Positions 11,001 to 24,852 of a DNA stretch of 44,834 nt are shown here, one piece after another. A model generated the notes under the pieces. It had not been told where the DNA came from and ran no database searches. It was given only the letters and a program-made list of their open reading frames with translations. Numbering within the stretch: position 1 is the stretch's first letter; the number at the start of each line of letters is the position of its first letter. Position numbers and translations under genes: made by a program. The stretch covers positions 1-44,834 of the forward strand of contig LWCA01000169.1 of assembly GCA_001642005.1 (NCBI GenBank), read 5' to 3'. The stretch is from Intoshia linei. Taxonomy: Eukaryota > Animalia > Orthonectida.

Positions 11001-14000
11001 GGCAACTTCAAAAAACTTCATTTTCATTATCAAAACTACAGATTACCCTTTTTTTAAAAAATTAAAACAGCCCTAGAATTTAAAAAAAAATTACAGCTGA
11101 TATAGTTATATCCAGTTTTCACGCACAAGTCATACACAAAAAATTTTAATTAATCAAAAATTTTAATTTGACAAAGTGGTTTCTTCACGGTCAAAAAAAT
11201 ACTTTAGTATACATTTATTTTTATTCCTAATCTATTTTATCAAAACAAAAAATTTGAAATAATTAAGGATTATTTTTTTTGTTGATTCAATTGCTTATGA
11301 GATATTTCCAAAGTCGATATATAATATTAATGAAAATTATATGCATGTGTATCAATTAAAAAATAATATATTTATCACTGTTTATCTTTCTTTTTATTTG
11401 TTATTCTTTCTTTAGAAATTTATATTTGTTTTTATTATTTTTTAAAACACCCCTAACTGAATTAATCGCCCACTTTAGGAACTCCTGATCTACATTGTGC
11501 ACAGAGACGAAGTTGTAATATTTAAGACCCAAAAATTCGAATTTTTTTTTAAAATGCTTAATTCGGAAAAATGAGACCCATATTCTACAAAAATTATGTT
11601 GAAACATTTATCAGGAATAAAATATTGTATGACAAACATGAAAATTATGTCTATAATTTCTAAAAATTTTTTATATACTTTATTTAGACAATCTGAGAGA
11701 TTGCCCTTATTATTGTTCCGGAAATGGAGCATGCATAAATGGACAATGTCAGTGTTATAAGCGATTTACCGGTTGGGATTGTTCTGAATGTAAATTACAT
11801 ATTATAAAATATATATTATTTCAGCCATCTGCTTGGTATTATGCTCTAATCATGGTGATTATGAAAAAGGAACATGCCATTGTCATAATGGATGGCATGG
11901 AGAAGAATGTCAGCTCAAATTTAATTGTAATATTAGTCCATGTTTAAACGATGGAATATGTATAATTCATAAATGTTTATGCAAAGATGGATTTAATGGC
12001 ATCTACTGCCAAAAACGTAATACATTAAAAACTTTAGATTTTTTCTGAAATTTTTTTCACTGGCGCAAAAGATAAGCATCTAGATTCATTTTTGTTATAA
12101 TTATAACTATTGATGAAAATAAATATTAGATGGCAGTAATGGTTAAATTTTAGAAGGGTAATTGAGAAGGAAATTGGAATAAAATTAATTTATATCAGTA
12201 CGTAGGAATGGGATACTGTATCGGAATTTTATCTAGTACTAAATATTTTATTTGGGTGAGCCTGATGGCTATTAAATTCTTAAACCCATAATAATTGATA
12301 TTCACTATCAGTACTGAAACTACCATATTCAGAGACTATACCAGTGATTCCCAACTTTTGTTTTAAATTTACACCAAATTTTGTTTTTTTTCAATTATTT
12401 TTTTAAATATGACAACCTTACAATGTGCATGTTCAACATACCAATTTTCATAAATTTTGATCTTCAAATATAATTGTTATTAACAAAATCATAATGTTGT
12501 TATAATTATTGGAGGGAGTGTATAATCCACACTGTCCAAATAAATTAGGAATAGGGCCAACAAATTTAATTTTGAAATTGAACAAAATTGTTCTCTACCC
12601 CACTTTTTAAATCTTTTTTCAATGTATTTCCCGTTTTATTTTTATAATTGATAAACTGTAAACTCTTAATATTTTTTTTAATAATTAATATTGCGACTAA
12701 CCAGTGGTCAGTGACCACACTTTGGACTAGACTGCTATAGATGAATAATGCTAATAATATAACTCATTAATTATACTTAGCTATTCAAATTTAATTCTTA
12801 GAGATCTGCAATACATTAAAATGTCTACATGGCATATGTCATAACAGTGTTTGTTATTGTGATGCAAATTATTATGGAAATAATTGTAATAATTCTATAG
12901 AAAATTTACCAAAAGCAAAGCAAATGAAGCAGCATCCAATTATCATTAAAGGTATTCTTATAAATATTTAATAGTATATGTTAATGCTTCATTAGATTCT
13001 TGCGAAAATACCTGTATTAATGGACAATGTGTGCAATCAACATGTCGCTGTAATAAAGGTTGGACTGGAAAAATATGTAACGTTGTATCCTGTAATATAC
13101 GATGTAAAGGTTTATGTGTGAACGGTCAATGTATTTGTGAAAAAGGGAAAAACGGTGAATTTTGTAGTTTAGGTAAATTTTGACATAAATTACCGCTAAA
13201 TATAAATAATTAATAAAACTTTGTAGAGGGCTGTACAAATAATTGCAACAATCATGGAACCTGTAAAATATATGGAAATGTATGGCAATGCACGTGCTAT
13301 AGCGGTTGGTCAATGAGTGACTGTTCCGTACAGACTGAATTAATCTGTGACGATTCTTTGGACAATGACCACGGTTTTTAATGAATTATAATTTAAACCA
13401 ATTGGTTCCTTTTTAGATGGTTTAATTGACTGTTATGATTCTGATTGTTGTATATCAGCCCATTGTAACATAAATAGTAATTGTGAAATATTACCCAGTC
13501 CCACCAGTTTAATATCGAAAAATTCAATGCATTCTCAAAGTTTTTACGAAAAGCACAAAAAATTTTTATTGAATGGACTGCAACTATACACTTTAATAAA
13601 ATTTTTCCAAAATAGGTAGAAAATTGTAAAATTAATTTTACTGAATGAATGATAATTTAGAAGAATTTTAATTATATCTGGAAAAATTGTACAACAAGAT
13701 CAAACTGCTATAATTGGTGCTCGAGTGTATGTGAAAAATTTAACAAACTTGGGTTTTACCTTGAGCCGTGAAAATGGAAAGTAATTTTAATTTGGTCAAT
13801 TTCAATTTTGTTTTTATTTAGATTTGATCTAATGATTCCATTTTATAGAAATTATATTTCCCTTTTTATACAAAAAAACTATTTTGTTGATGCTACATTT
13901 AATTTACATTTACCGTATTTCGATAATGTATATGGATTAGAAGCAAATATTGTATTAAACAGTTTAAAACAAAACTACAATGCATTTAAAGACAACGACT

Positions 14001-17000
14001 ACTCTTTTTGCGGGAATATTAATGAATTTGATGTGCCTCAAATTGAACTAAAGTATAAGGAAATTGATGATGTTTTAAATATTCCCCTGATTAAGACTAA
14101 TTTATTGCTTCAATATTCCCAATCATTAACATGTAATTTACCTTTGCTTATAATAATACACATTTTACCTAATAAAATACCCATTCACCTCAAACATGTG
14201 GAAATTTCAATATCCATTTCAGGAAACGTTTATAAACGTATATTGGAGGCTAAGGAGAGTTTAAATTTTAGGGTTATGTGGAATCGCAAAAATATATATG
14301 GAGAAAAGGTGTATGGTGGAATACTTTCTCATGTTGTTATTGGATATTTATTTGAAAATTGTACCAAAAAATTGGTATATAAACAATTGTATACGTTACC
14401 GGCATGCACATTACCACATACCTATCTATCTGGGATGTCTTTAAATTATATTTATAAATATGATTTTAATTATGGTTATTTATATGGTGCGAATGGAATC
14501 AGGACCAAAAATTTGATACTATTTTATAATTTACTCTATTTTGACAGTGATACATTTGCAATTTATCCATTTTCATTTAATGAAAACCCTACAAATATTT
14601 ATTTTGTCTTGAAAATGACGGGTATTTTGAAATTCGAACATTATGTGGAATTCAAATCGAAATTGGTTTATGTCAAAAATTTAATACATGAATATTTTTT
14701 CAAGTTTAACGAGATTGATCAAAAATTTTATGTTTCTGGAGATGGCCTTTATAGTTTACCAAAATATGACATGGAAAAAAGTAAATTTCATTGGACAGTT
14801 ATTTCAAATAAAAAGTGCAAATTTATTGGGTCATCCTTATGTGGAAATAATGAACATGTCGGTAATTCTTCTTTTTATTTTATTAAGGATTTCGACTTTG
14901 ATAAACACGGAAATGTATATTTAATAGATGGACCTGTCGTAAGAAGAATTGGTAATACAAATAAAATTATCACACAAATAACGAATTACTCTTTCCATTA
15001 TATGTATACCAAAATTTGTCCATACAAATATATACCATTTGACAAAGTATACCTTGAAAATCCCCAAAAAATTATGTATAACGGATTCTTAAATCTTTTT
15101 TATATTTTGGACAATCATTTACTATTTGTGTTGGATATCAACAACAATTTGGGCTATTATGTAAATGGGGAATATTCAAAAGAGTGTTTCTTGGATCAAC
15201 CGCACCACTTTTACTCTTCAAAGTTTTTAAAAAATATTATAGATTTCTGCGTGTACTATGATTCAACCTTGTATTATTTAACGAGTGAAAATGAAATATT
15301 TAATTGTATTGATAACAATAATGTTTGTATAAATGAAACTGAAAAATTTATTAAATTCTGCTCAATAAAAAATGAAATTATTAAAAAAATATCCTGCAAT
15401 AATCCAAAAAGGGAATTATACATTTTTATTAAATCAAATTTATCAAAGACCTCCACAAAATTATGTACATTAAATCCGCAAATTTTAAATTCAAATTTAA
15501 AGCTTTTTAAAACGTCCAGTCAAATAATTCCTAATAATACCAGAAATTTAAACTTTAAATTTCCTAATCAAGTTATTGAATTGGATAATTTAAATAGATT
15601 GAAAAGTATTGGTTATATAAATTATTCTAAGAATTCAAAATATAAATTCATAAATGCTACTTACATAAATAATGAAAATTTAAATGTAAACAACATTTTA
15701 CAAATTCCGTCTTTAAAAAGTTTAGGTAATATTATGACCTCTGAATCTAAAAATGTATCAAATTTAAATTCTACTCAAATAATTTCCACCGTTTTAAAAT
15801 TTTTTGATACTGTAAAACAAAGATTGCTTATTAAAGCTGAAATTATTGAAATGTATCCTCATTATCTCGATATTTATGGCTTACAAAAGACTAATATAAA
15901 AAGTGATATGTATATTATCAAAGTTTTAAAAACCCATTTTATTTTTTCTTCAGAAAGTGACGTCGATTCTACTCAAAAATATACTTCTACGATGATTAAT
16001 AAACTCATTGATTCTAAAGGAAATTATTTTGAATCAAAAATAATGTATCAAATTGAAAATGAAAGATTTGGTTATTCTAATGTTTTTAATGCAAACTTAC
16101 AAAACGTTAAATTTAAATATGGTTTTCTTGAAACAATTTATTTGATCAACAGCTTAAATTATCCAGTATTGAAGCATCAATTAAAATCAGAGGTATAGTT
16201 TTAAATTGCAAGTACATACATTGTCATTATGGTACTTTTTCTCAAATTATTTTGGTTTTCTTGATAATCACTACCTTCTAGTGCAGGCTTTTTTAACCGG
16301 GTGCTAGAATTAATTTCAGGGGGCTAGAAAAATTATTTAAATTTATGTGAATTCAAATTTTTCAAATACAGTTTAAAGCGACTATTCATTTTTATCATTT
16401 ATTAATGTTATTGATTATATTCGATATTAAGGTGGCTTTTAAAAACGTCAATAAAATATGATTTTTACGTTGAATTTTAAGGTATCATTTTTTTATTTTT
16501 GAACTTACCGTACTCCGATATCACTCTTCGAGGTGGTATCGACGAAATTTTTTTACATGGGAGCCTTATTTTTTCCCATTGAGCATTAAAAAAATTATTT
16601 TCTTGAATATATGTATAATAACTATTTTGTGTGTTAAATTTAAAATGTAAAGTCGAGAGCCTTAGAAAGGTGGCTTGGGGAAATATGACACAACGCATCG
16701 TTATCAAAACAAATTTTTTAGGGGATTATTTTTTATTTTCGGGTGGAGTCCAGTTGGATAGGTTTGGTTTTGTACAGGGAGTTAGAAATAATTGATCTGG
16801 CTAATTGGATTGCTATATTTAAAAAACTTTAATAAACCCTGTTCTAGAAATAATTGACGAACATTTTGTAAACTAGGAAGCTCATTTTTTCAATGTCATA
16901 ACTGTTTTAATCCATATAAACTGCCATTTCAATCCCTAGCAAAAAATGACTTTTACCAATATTTTTTGAAAAATCTGATGTTGACAAATGTACCTTATGA

Positions 17001-20000
17001 AAAACATCAAATTTTACCAATGCTTAAGGGAAATACCCTTTTTTTCCAATATTTTTTTGATAAACAAAATTTTACCAAATGTTATAAGAAAACCCCTTTG
17101 ATTTTTTCATTAATGTTTTATATCTCATGTTTCCCTTGGGTCCAATTATGTTTAAAAGCAGTGCATTTATTATCTTTATAAAGTTAAAAAATGCACTCAC
17201 AATTAACAATTCAATAATTTAAATTATTGGCCAATTGGTAGCCGAACGATTTGAAACTTTTTGTTTTTTATTTCAGAAAAATGTATATTATATATTAAAT
17301 TTTAGGTAATCTACCAAGAAAATTACATTAAAAAATATTGTAAACATGAATTTAACAGTAGTGGTCATTTGATGAAATTACAGTTTCCAAATTCATCAAT
17401 TTTGATAAAATATGATTATACTTCAATTAACTTTATGCCGACAAAAATTGACTACATTTATTCAAATACAAAAAAAACGTATATAATAAAATACGATGTA
17501 AATTTTGACATTTATCAAATAAAAACCCCCATGCAGAGATGTTTAAAATATAAAGTAAACAATTTGTTGAATAATATAATTACGATTGATTATTCACTTG
17601 GGAAATGCAATGAAAATTCAAGAAATGATGATAACAAATCAAAAAATGATAATATTAATTATATTTCAAAACAATTATTTCACAAAAAAAAAAAATATTC
17701 AAATATTATTTTTGATATTATAAAATTCAACAATTTTTATATTGAAAAACTTAATTATACGAACAAAAAGTGGGTGTGTACTTGTAGAAATTCTTTTAAA
17801 GTGTCTAAAGAAAATGTGATGAAAAACATGAATCATATCGTCACTGTTTTTCTGAAACTGGAAAAAACCATGAAAAAAGAGCCATTTCTATTTCCAATTA
17901 ATGCGTCAAATTTCCAACAAAAATTAAATTATGAAAATTTATCTATCGAAATTTTTATCTACCCGGAATTTAAAAATAATAAAACCTCCATTATTCCTAC
18001 AAAAAAAATTTGGCTAAGTATAATGGAAAATTATACATCAATCCATGTAAATTTGAAAAATATTAAATCAAATCTAATAGTGATGAAACATGATTATGTT
18101 CTAGTTCGAAAGATGTCTCAAAACATTAACATTAGGGTTAAAAAATTAAATCTTGTCAATTTAATTTCTTTCGATTCTATTGAAAATTGCTTTAAAATAC
18201 GATATAAAAAATTTACCAATTTTCGATTAAATGATTTTTGTTATTTTCTTGAAATAAATTTAAAGTATTGTATTAAATATTATTTTGAAAATGGCGTCAT
18301 GATTAATTTGATCGATGAGAAAGTTTTACACCAAAAAAGTATTCAAAGGAATTACAAGTTGGAGTATGATGATGATTCAAATTTAAAGTATTTGTTTATT
18401 CAATCTAAACGTTATAAAACTTGGAATTATCATCCTTCCGGAAAATTAAATTATATCCACGTGAATAATGGCACTGTATACATTTATTATAATAAACTCG
18501 GACAAATTTCTAACTATTCAAACAAAAAGTTTATATATGATAAGTTATCCAGATTAGTTTCAATCATTTACGACAATGGAAATAAAATTGGTATGTACTA
18601 TTTGTTAATTCAGTCAACAAACGGGTCCAAGGATTTTAGAGGGTACAAGAATGGGTTTTTTCAACAAGAGATTACCAGCTACCTTTCCCATAAAGTGACC
18701 AGCCCTAATAATAAATACATTACAATTACAATAAATTTAGATTTTTATTACGATGGAATGAATAGACTACAAACAACAATAGAACTAGAAAAGGGTTATA
18801 TAAAAAAGGTGTATTATTTTTATTTCCATTCAAATAATGATATTTTGTGCACCAATATTTTAATTGAACAATTTAATCAAAAATTAATATTCATTACATT
18901 TGAATATGACAAAAATGTAATAACCTTTACCAAGAAAATATTAAAACCTGGCAATCACAATTTAACTTTGCACGGTGTTTATAATGAACAATACAAAATA
19001 TTGCTAGACACGTGCGCATCACCATTTGCAGTGTATAAAAAAACGGGGGAATGTACGTGGAAAAAACACATTAAAATTAATTTTAATCCAATTGGTGAAA
19101 TTGATTCAATTTGTAAGTTTTCAAATGGAAATGAATGTGATATCATTAAAAATGGAGCGAATATATTAGAAGAATTTTACATTGGATATTGTGGCCATTT
19201 ACAAAATTACAAGCATAGTGTTTCAATTAATTTTTTAAAACAAGTTGAAATACCCATAATATACGATACGTTTATTGGAAAATTTTTGAATGGTGGACAT
19301 ATCAATTTACTTCAAAATTTGGGAAAATTTGTTTACAACCCGGCAAACATAGCTTCAAATGATTTTATGATGTTATTAAATGGTAACATGAAGCTTTAAT
19401 AATATATAATTCATTTAGTTCATAAATATGATACATCCAGTGAAACGAACGATGAGGCTCAGCTGATAAACGATCGATTTCTTCATTATGATCAAGTATT
19501 TCCTAGTTCTTTCAATACAGTAAATTCAGTGTACATTCCATTTTATATTGATAAAGACAAAAATTTTGGAATTGATCCGTTAATTGTTACTTACAAACAT
19601 GCAATGAATAAAAATAAAATTTTCAAAGCACTTATAAAAAAGTTTAACATTTTATTGGTTCAAATAAAATATGCATTTGATTCGATTAATCCGCAAATGT
19701 CTTTAATTCGAAAAATTACTAATGAAACTACATGTAGTACGGGTTTTGAAAATTTTGGTAATTTTATTTATATAGATAGTACCAGTGTTTCTCAACTGGT
19801 GTAGTCAGCGAAAAAAGCTAGTTAATATTTAGTTGTTCGCCAACATATTTGAATTAATTTCAAGTACGCCCAATGGAAAAAAGGTTAAGAAACACTGTAT
19901 TATAATTATACAATGGTTGTTGAAATAATGAAAAACATACTTTTTTTATTTAAGTCAAAAAAATTATTCAAACTATTCCCTGAATAATGAATATAGATAA

Positions 20001-20591
20001 GTATAAATGCACAATATACATTGTGCATTTAGAATAATTTTCATATATTCAAGATATGAAAATTTAAACAACTACCACTGTAATGATTTATTTTTTATAC
20101 CAGCGGTTCCCAAATGCCGGTCCGTTCAATTTTTTTTTGAATATATTGCAAATAAAAATACAATAAAATATTATAATTTACATATTTTTGTAATTTTGTC
20201 ATGTATATATTTTATGTAATAATTTTGTTTGAATGGGCCGCGAGAAATTTTATAGTAAATTACCGTCCGAGGTATAGAAATTGTGGGAATTTCTGGTTTA
20301 TACAATTGTAAATTTTTTTTAGGTAAAAAGGAATACTGCTATACATTTTACTCTAAATTATCTTATAATCGACTCAACTTATTCACCACTACTAAAACAA
20401 TTAAATCTTTTTTGATTAAAGCAAAGATGAACCTAAAAATAGATATTAGTAAAATAAATACCCACCGACCTAAAATTAATTACATTATTTTGCATTTGCA
20501 TGAAAATCAAAGATACAATATAACCATATTTTATTTCAATACAGTGATGAATGATAAAACATTCACTGCATTTCTTGAACAAAAATTGTAA
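8024..20591 (+). CDS. Teneurin (Ten-m/Odz family), highly divergent, multi-exon; N-terminal exons uncertain
   Basis: TM segment ~9834-9945. EGF array in exons 11688-11789, 11825-12016, 12802-12951, 12996-13172 and ~13228-13373, including the teneurin-typical 5-Cys EGF2 (CSNHGDYEKGTCHC). Diagnostic ELICDDSLDNDH-DGLIDCYDSDCC; WNRKNIYGEKVYG; NHL-like FDKHGNVYLIDG; YD-like repeats in 17369-19399. Last exon ~20323-20591. Confidence 0.92.
10680..11260 (+). mobile_element. Helitron-family internal fragment in a teneurin intron (boundaries approximate)
   Basis: Several tandem subrepeat units similar to 6445-6720 and to the reverse complement of 42220-42490. Confidence 0.6.
12342..12734. mobile_element. 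Degenerate hAT-type MITE in a teneurin intron
   Basis: Starts CAGTGATTCCCAAC and ends GACCACACTTTGGACTAGACTG. TSD is decayed. Confidence 0.5.
16284..16841. mobile_element. hAT-type MITE in a teneurin intron
   Basis: CAGGCTTTTTTAA...TTAATAAACCCTG termini; flanks ttctagtg / ttctagaa (6/8 TSD). Confidence 0.6.
19782..19897. mobile_element. Short hAT-type MITE in the last teneurin intron
   Basis: TIRs CAGTGTTTCTCAAC / GTTAAGAAACACTG. No clear TSD. Confidence 0.55.
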
Positions 20592-21025
20592 ATTTTTTAG
20601 TAAACATAAAATCATAAAGTTAGTATTAATTGCTGTACTATCAATTGCTCATCTCTTGAAGACTATCATTATTTTTTTTATCTCTCTCTATCTATATCTC
20701 TAATTATTAATTTAATGATCACTAAAGTGGTTTATATGGACCCCTTGGGATGCATATTGAAGAAACGGATTATTGTTTCCAAAAATACTATATAGGAAAT
20801 ATGTTTTTTGAGTTATTGTTTATTTCTCAAATGGATGGAATACACGAAAAAAATAAAATTGTATTTTCAGCAATTTTCGGACCCCCATCCGGGAAACGCT
20901 GTTGTATACTATAGACTCTATAACCGCGCTTCCGTTAAATATTAAAAAATACACGCGTTCTCAACGTGGACTATATGGCCCAGTCAGCTTTTTGAGAGAT
21001 TAGGTCGAGTGTTTAGTGAAATATA

Positions 21026-22215
21026 TAGTGCCCGACATAAGTCTTAAGCACCCCAATTGTAATTAATTTAATAACTCCTGGTTCATGATATAAGATACTT
21101 TCTTATATCATATCTTCTATTCTTATATCTAGTGTATGATCAAGAACAAATATTTAACAACCCTAAAAATGTAAAAACTATAAAAAAATTTTAATAATTA
21201 ATGAAATATAGGTATTTTTAATTAAAATTGCAAAATTCCGAGCGACATAAGTCTTAGGCACCTATAAAATAATACAATTAATTATGTTAATTAATTGAAA
21301 ATATTAGATAAATTTATATAAAATTACTGATATTTAGTATTCCATCATTTATTTTTAATCATTGATACAATTCTTCTGGGCAATGAGGCATACAACCCTT
21401 AAATAGTTTTTAGAGGTACGTGGTCCCATCCGTCGTGTATATATTTCCATAGCTCTTTTAAGTTGACTAGATGTAGCATATAAACCGTATCTTTCAAATT
21501 TTTCACATGTCTTCAATAATGTTTACATCTGGACTTTGTACCGGTTAATCTTTTAATTTTTTTACGATTACCCTTTATAAATAGACGGGTTGTCTTTGCT
21601 GTTTGACACGGTTCACAATCTTTATGTTTCTTCAATCCATCCCAAAATGTTATTCGTTTGCTTTTTTAAGGATTCTCTGGTGTTCTTAAGCATTTATTTC
21701 TCTTTTACACTTCACTAATACTCTTTTTCCATTTCTCTAATACCACCAAAATCATATTTTACTAAGTATTTGTAATACTTCTACTTATGTACGTTGATAA
21801 AAATTTTGTTTTTTACGTTTTCGAACGTATACTCTTCATTTTGTAAATAATTCAAATTAACTTTCATCAGCGAAGCTTATATTTTTCCATTGTTTCGTCC
21901 ATGCCACTTTTTACTTATACCTTTTAAAATAGTTTGTTCTGTAAAATTTTTTAAGAAACGGTTTTCGACTTGCAATTCTTCCATATAATCCAAATCTATA
22001 TAACACACGTTGCACCGTTTTTAAACTAGGCTTTTTTGTAATTCTGGAGTGTATTTTAATATTTAATACTGTCAAACAAGGGTTTTTCTTTGATTTCCTT
22101 ATTATAATAGTCTCTTCTCTGGGTGTCAGCATGCGTTTTCCATTTGATCTTGGCAGGTAACCTATGCATAAACCATTTTTGTATTTTTTAATAATATTTT
22201 GAATCTCACAAATTG
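21026..22215 (-). mobile_element. Decayed Tc1-family transposon of IR/DR type; only one terminus recognisable
   Basis: Direct repeat CGACATAAGTCTTA(A/G)GCACC at 21033-21052 and 21243-21262, next to transposase remnants. Confidence 0.85.
21324..22215 (-). pseudogene. Tc1-like transposase pseudogene
   Basis: LTPREETIIIRKSKKNP...SLKTVQRVLYRFGLYGRIASRKPFL (HTH region), WKNISFADES (first catalytic D) and C-terminal LYASLPRRIVSMIKNK.WNTKY, with multiple stops and frameshifts. Confidence 0.88.
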
Positions 22216-22449
22216 ATATTTACTGATTTTATTATTGAAGATTTTAAATAATATTGATGTAATAAAAATCGTATAATATATTTGGTTTCTGGGATAAAAT
22301 GTAAGATTCGTAAAAAAAACTATTTTTTTTTAGGGTTGGTAAAATTAGAATTTTCTCTAAAGGGTCAGTAAATTTTGATTTTTAGTAAAAATGGTTGGAT
22401 TTTTGAAATAATTTGAAATTGTAGTAAAAATTTTTGAACGATTCATGTA

Positions 22450-23095
22450 CAGAGCCGTTTTAAGGCATGGGGAATATGGGCTGTAGCCCAGGGCCCCTCA
22501 TTAAAAAAGGCCCCCAAATTAATACAAGTATTTTACATTTATATCTTAAAAAGAGGCTCCAATTTATTAAAAAATATTTCACATTTATATCTTAAGAATC
22601 AGTTTATAAGTTTTGAAGATTATTGAAGTTTGAACTTTTTCTAAACTATAAATAATTTAGAATGAACTTCGAAATTGCTTCGCTCAACCTCGTTTGAATG
22701 CGCTCTCCTTAATATCAATTGAGAATAATATTAGTTTTGATAATATCATATCTGATTTCTCTCAGAAAAAAGTGAGAAAACAACATTTGTGAAAATTTGT
22801 CAAGAATTTTTTGTGACTGCCTGGTGCATATTTTCAAATGAAAAAGTAAACTTTGTTTATTAATTAATGTAAGTAGGTTTTTGTAAAATAATTAAAAGTT
22901 ACTAGAAACTAACATAATATCTTTTAATGCTTTTATTAATACTCAATGAAATAAAACTCTAATTTTCCAACCAACAGATACCCTGTCTTCTAAACAGAGA
23001 ACCTAAAATTTTTTTATCGCTTCGCTCAAAATTATAAACACCGGCACCGGTCCTTTGCTTAGCCCAGGGGCCCGAAGTGGCTTAAGACGGCTCTG
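22450..23095 (+). mobile_element. hAT deletion derivative with a transposase dimerisation-domain remnant
   Basis: TIRs CAGAGCCGT(T/C)TTAAG; perfect 8-bp TSD TTCATGTA. 22631-22792 translates TFSKL*II*NELRNCFAQPRLNALSLISIEN...FDNIISDFSQKKVRK, like the hAT C-terminus of Tip100/ZMYM1-like transposases. Confidence 0.9.
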
Positions 23096-23498
23096 TTCAT
23101 GTATGAATCATTGGATGTGAAACCGTTAATTACAAAAACCAAAATTCTATACATTTCTTAGAGATTTTATCGCAAATTCTATTTTTAAGGATTGAGTTAT
23201 TCAAAATCAAAAACCGGAATAATTTCTTTTTTTTAAAAAAAAAAACAGAACTAGAATTTTTTAAAATAAATTTTGTATTACAGTACGTAGCCTTAAGATG
23301 GTGCGACATATTTTGTACTTTATATTTGAGCCCATATAAAAATTTTGACTATATGGATTAGTTTTATATTTAAAAAAATGAACGTTGGATCCCTGATCTA
23401 TATCATAGTTAATGTTTCAAAAATCCTGATAATTAATTAGGTCGGATTGTAATACAATTTAAACACGTAGTTTTATAGTTAAAACAATAAATAGAAGT

Positions 23499-24782
23499 TT
23501 AATTATTAACAACATAGTCGCAAATTTTGAACAAGTTATCGGTAAATATAGAAAATGAAAATTTTTCTTGAACAAGATTAATGCTATTTTTAGAAAATTT
23601 CGAGTAAAGACTATCATTAGTGATTATATCATACATGTATTGAGAAAATTGATGTGGATCATTATCACATAAAAACCCTGTTTCATCATGAACAATCGTT
23701 TCCATTGGCCCTCCACTATTGTGTGCAATCACCGGACACCCAATAGCCATGGCCTCAATAGGAACAATACCAAAATGTTCATATTGTGGGGTATATAAAA
23801 TGCACCTTGACCGTTTATATAAAAATCGTTTCATATTTTCATTAATATTTTTTAGAAAAACAACATTTTCATAAATATCTAATCTGTGCGCCATATCCGT
23901 CAATTCCTTATAATATTCAATATTTTCGGAAAGTCGTTCATCGTAGCCGCCAGCTATAACCAAATGGATATTTTTTTTAATCAACTTGTTGGAAATGAGT
24001 TTATAAAAAGCGGCCAATGCTAATACAATATTTTTCTTTTTTTCAAATCGATTCACACTGGTAATAATGACGTCATCCTGAGAAATTCCAAGTCGTTTTT
24101 CGCAAACATCGGCCTTATATTCATCATAATTTGAAGTACAAGGTACAGGATGCAGAATGACAGCATGTTTGTCGATATCTAACAAGAATTTTTGGGCAAT
24201 TTCGAGAGTATATTTGGAATTTACGATAATAAAGTCTGCTAAATTGGTAGATCGTCTCTCCCACATATTTATGAGTCTACGGTAAATAGCAAAACCATAA
24301 TCAGTATGGAGTTTACAAAGCAGCATATCCGGATAATGGCAATAAAATATTGTTTTGTAATTAAATAATCGTAGTATTGGAATAGCAGATGAAACCTAAT
24401 TGGAATATATTAGTTTACGCGTAGCATAATTTACTTGATCAATAATGACGACATCTACTTTTTTTGTTTCACTGATAATTGGAAAAAAACGATAGAATAA
24501 GTGATTACTTGTTGTTCTGAATAAGGCTATAAATATGCTGATCAGCATTATATGAAAGAATGCCAAAAGTGCATGGAATTTTCCAAATATATGTCTCGGG
24601 AACCAGTTGCAGACGGTAGTAATTTTAAATTTCTTGGTTTCTTCAAAACACCGATTTCTATCATAATGTGCGACAATAAATTCAACTTGCATATTTTTTG
24701 AAACGAGGGCTTTAGCACAATTTATCATTGCCAATTCCGCTCCGCCTATACCCAAATCAGAATGTACAAACGTTACCAACAT
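23499..24782 (-). CDS. ALG2: Alpha-1,3/1,6-mannosyltransferase
   Basis: FVHSDLGIGGAE, HYDRNRCFEET, DQ|VSSAIP (39-nt intron), FYCHYPD, SVNRFEKKKN, AGGYDERLSENIEY, YTPQYEHFGIVPIEAM, NSGGPMET. Confidence 0.96.
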
Positions 24783-24852
24783 TTAAATTTTAAATCTTTT
24801 TTGTTGCTGTAGTTCTAAATAACAATGACTCTTAGTTTATTTATTTTATCGT

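Noticed and set aside
17369-19399. YD/RHS-like ORF as a bacterial toxin or horizontal transfer
   Set aside because: It is an exon of teneurin, whose YD shell is a known feature, and it is flanked by spliceosomal introns.
23282-23330. Possible second terminus of the Tc1 element
   Set aside because: Similarity to the inverted DR is too weak to support.
24472-24508. Intron-like 37-nt GT-AG segment in ALG2 exon 1
   Set aside because: Removal shifts the frame while read-through is open. It could be a coding insertion or a homopolymer error; unresolved without reads.
2777-24782. DPAGT1 and ALG2, both in the dolichol-linked oligosaccharide pathway, within 20 kb as a pathway cluster
   Set aside because: They are separated by teneurin and TEs and I see no shared regulation; chance in a gene-dense genome is sufficient.
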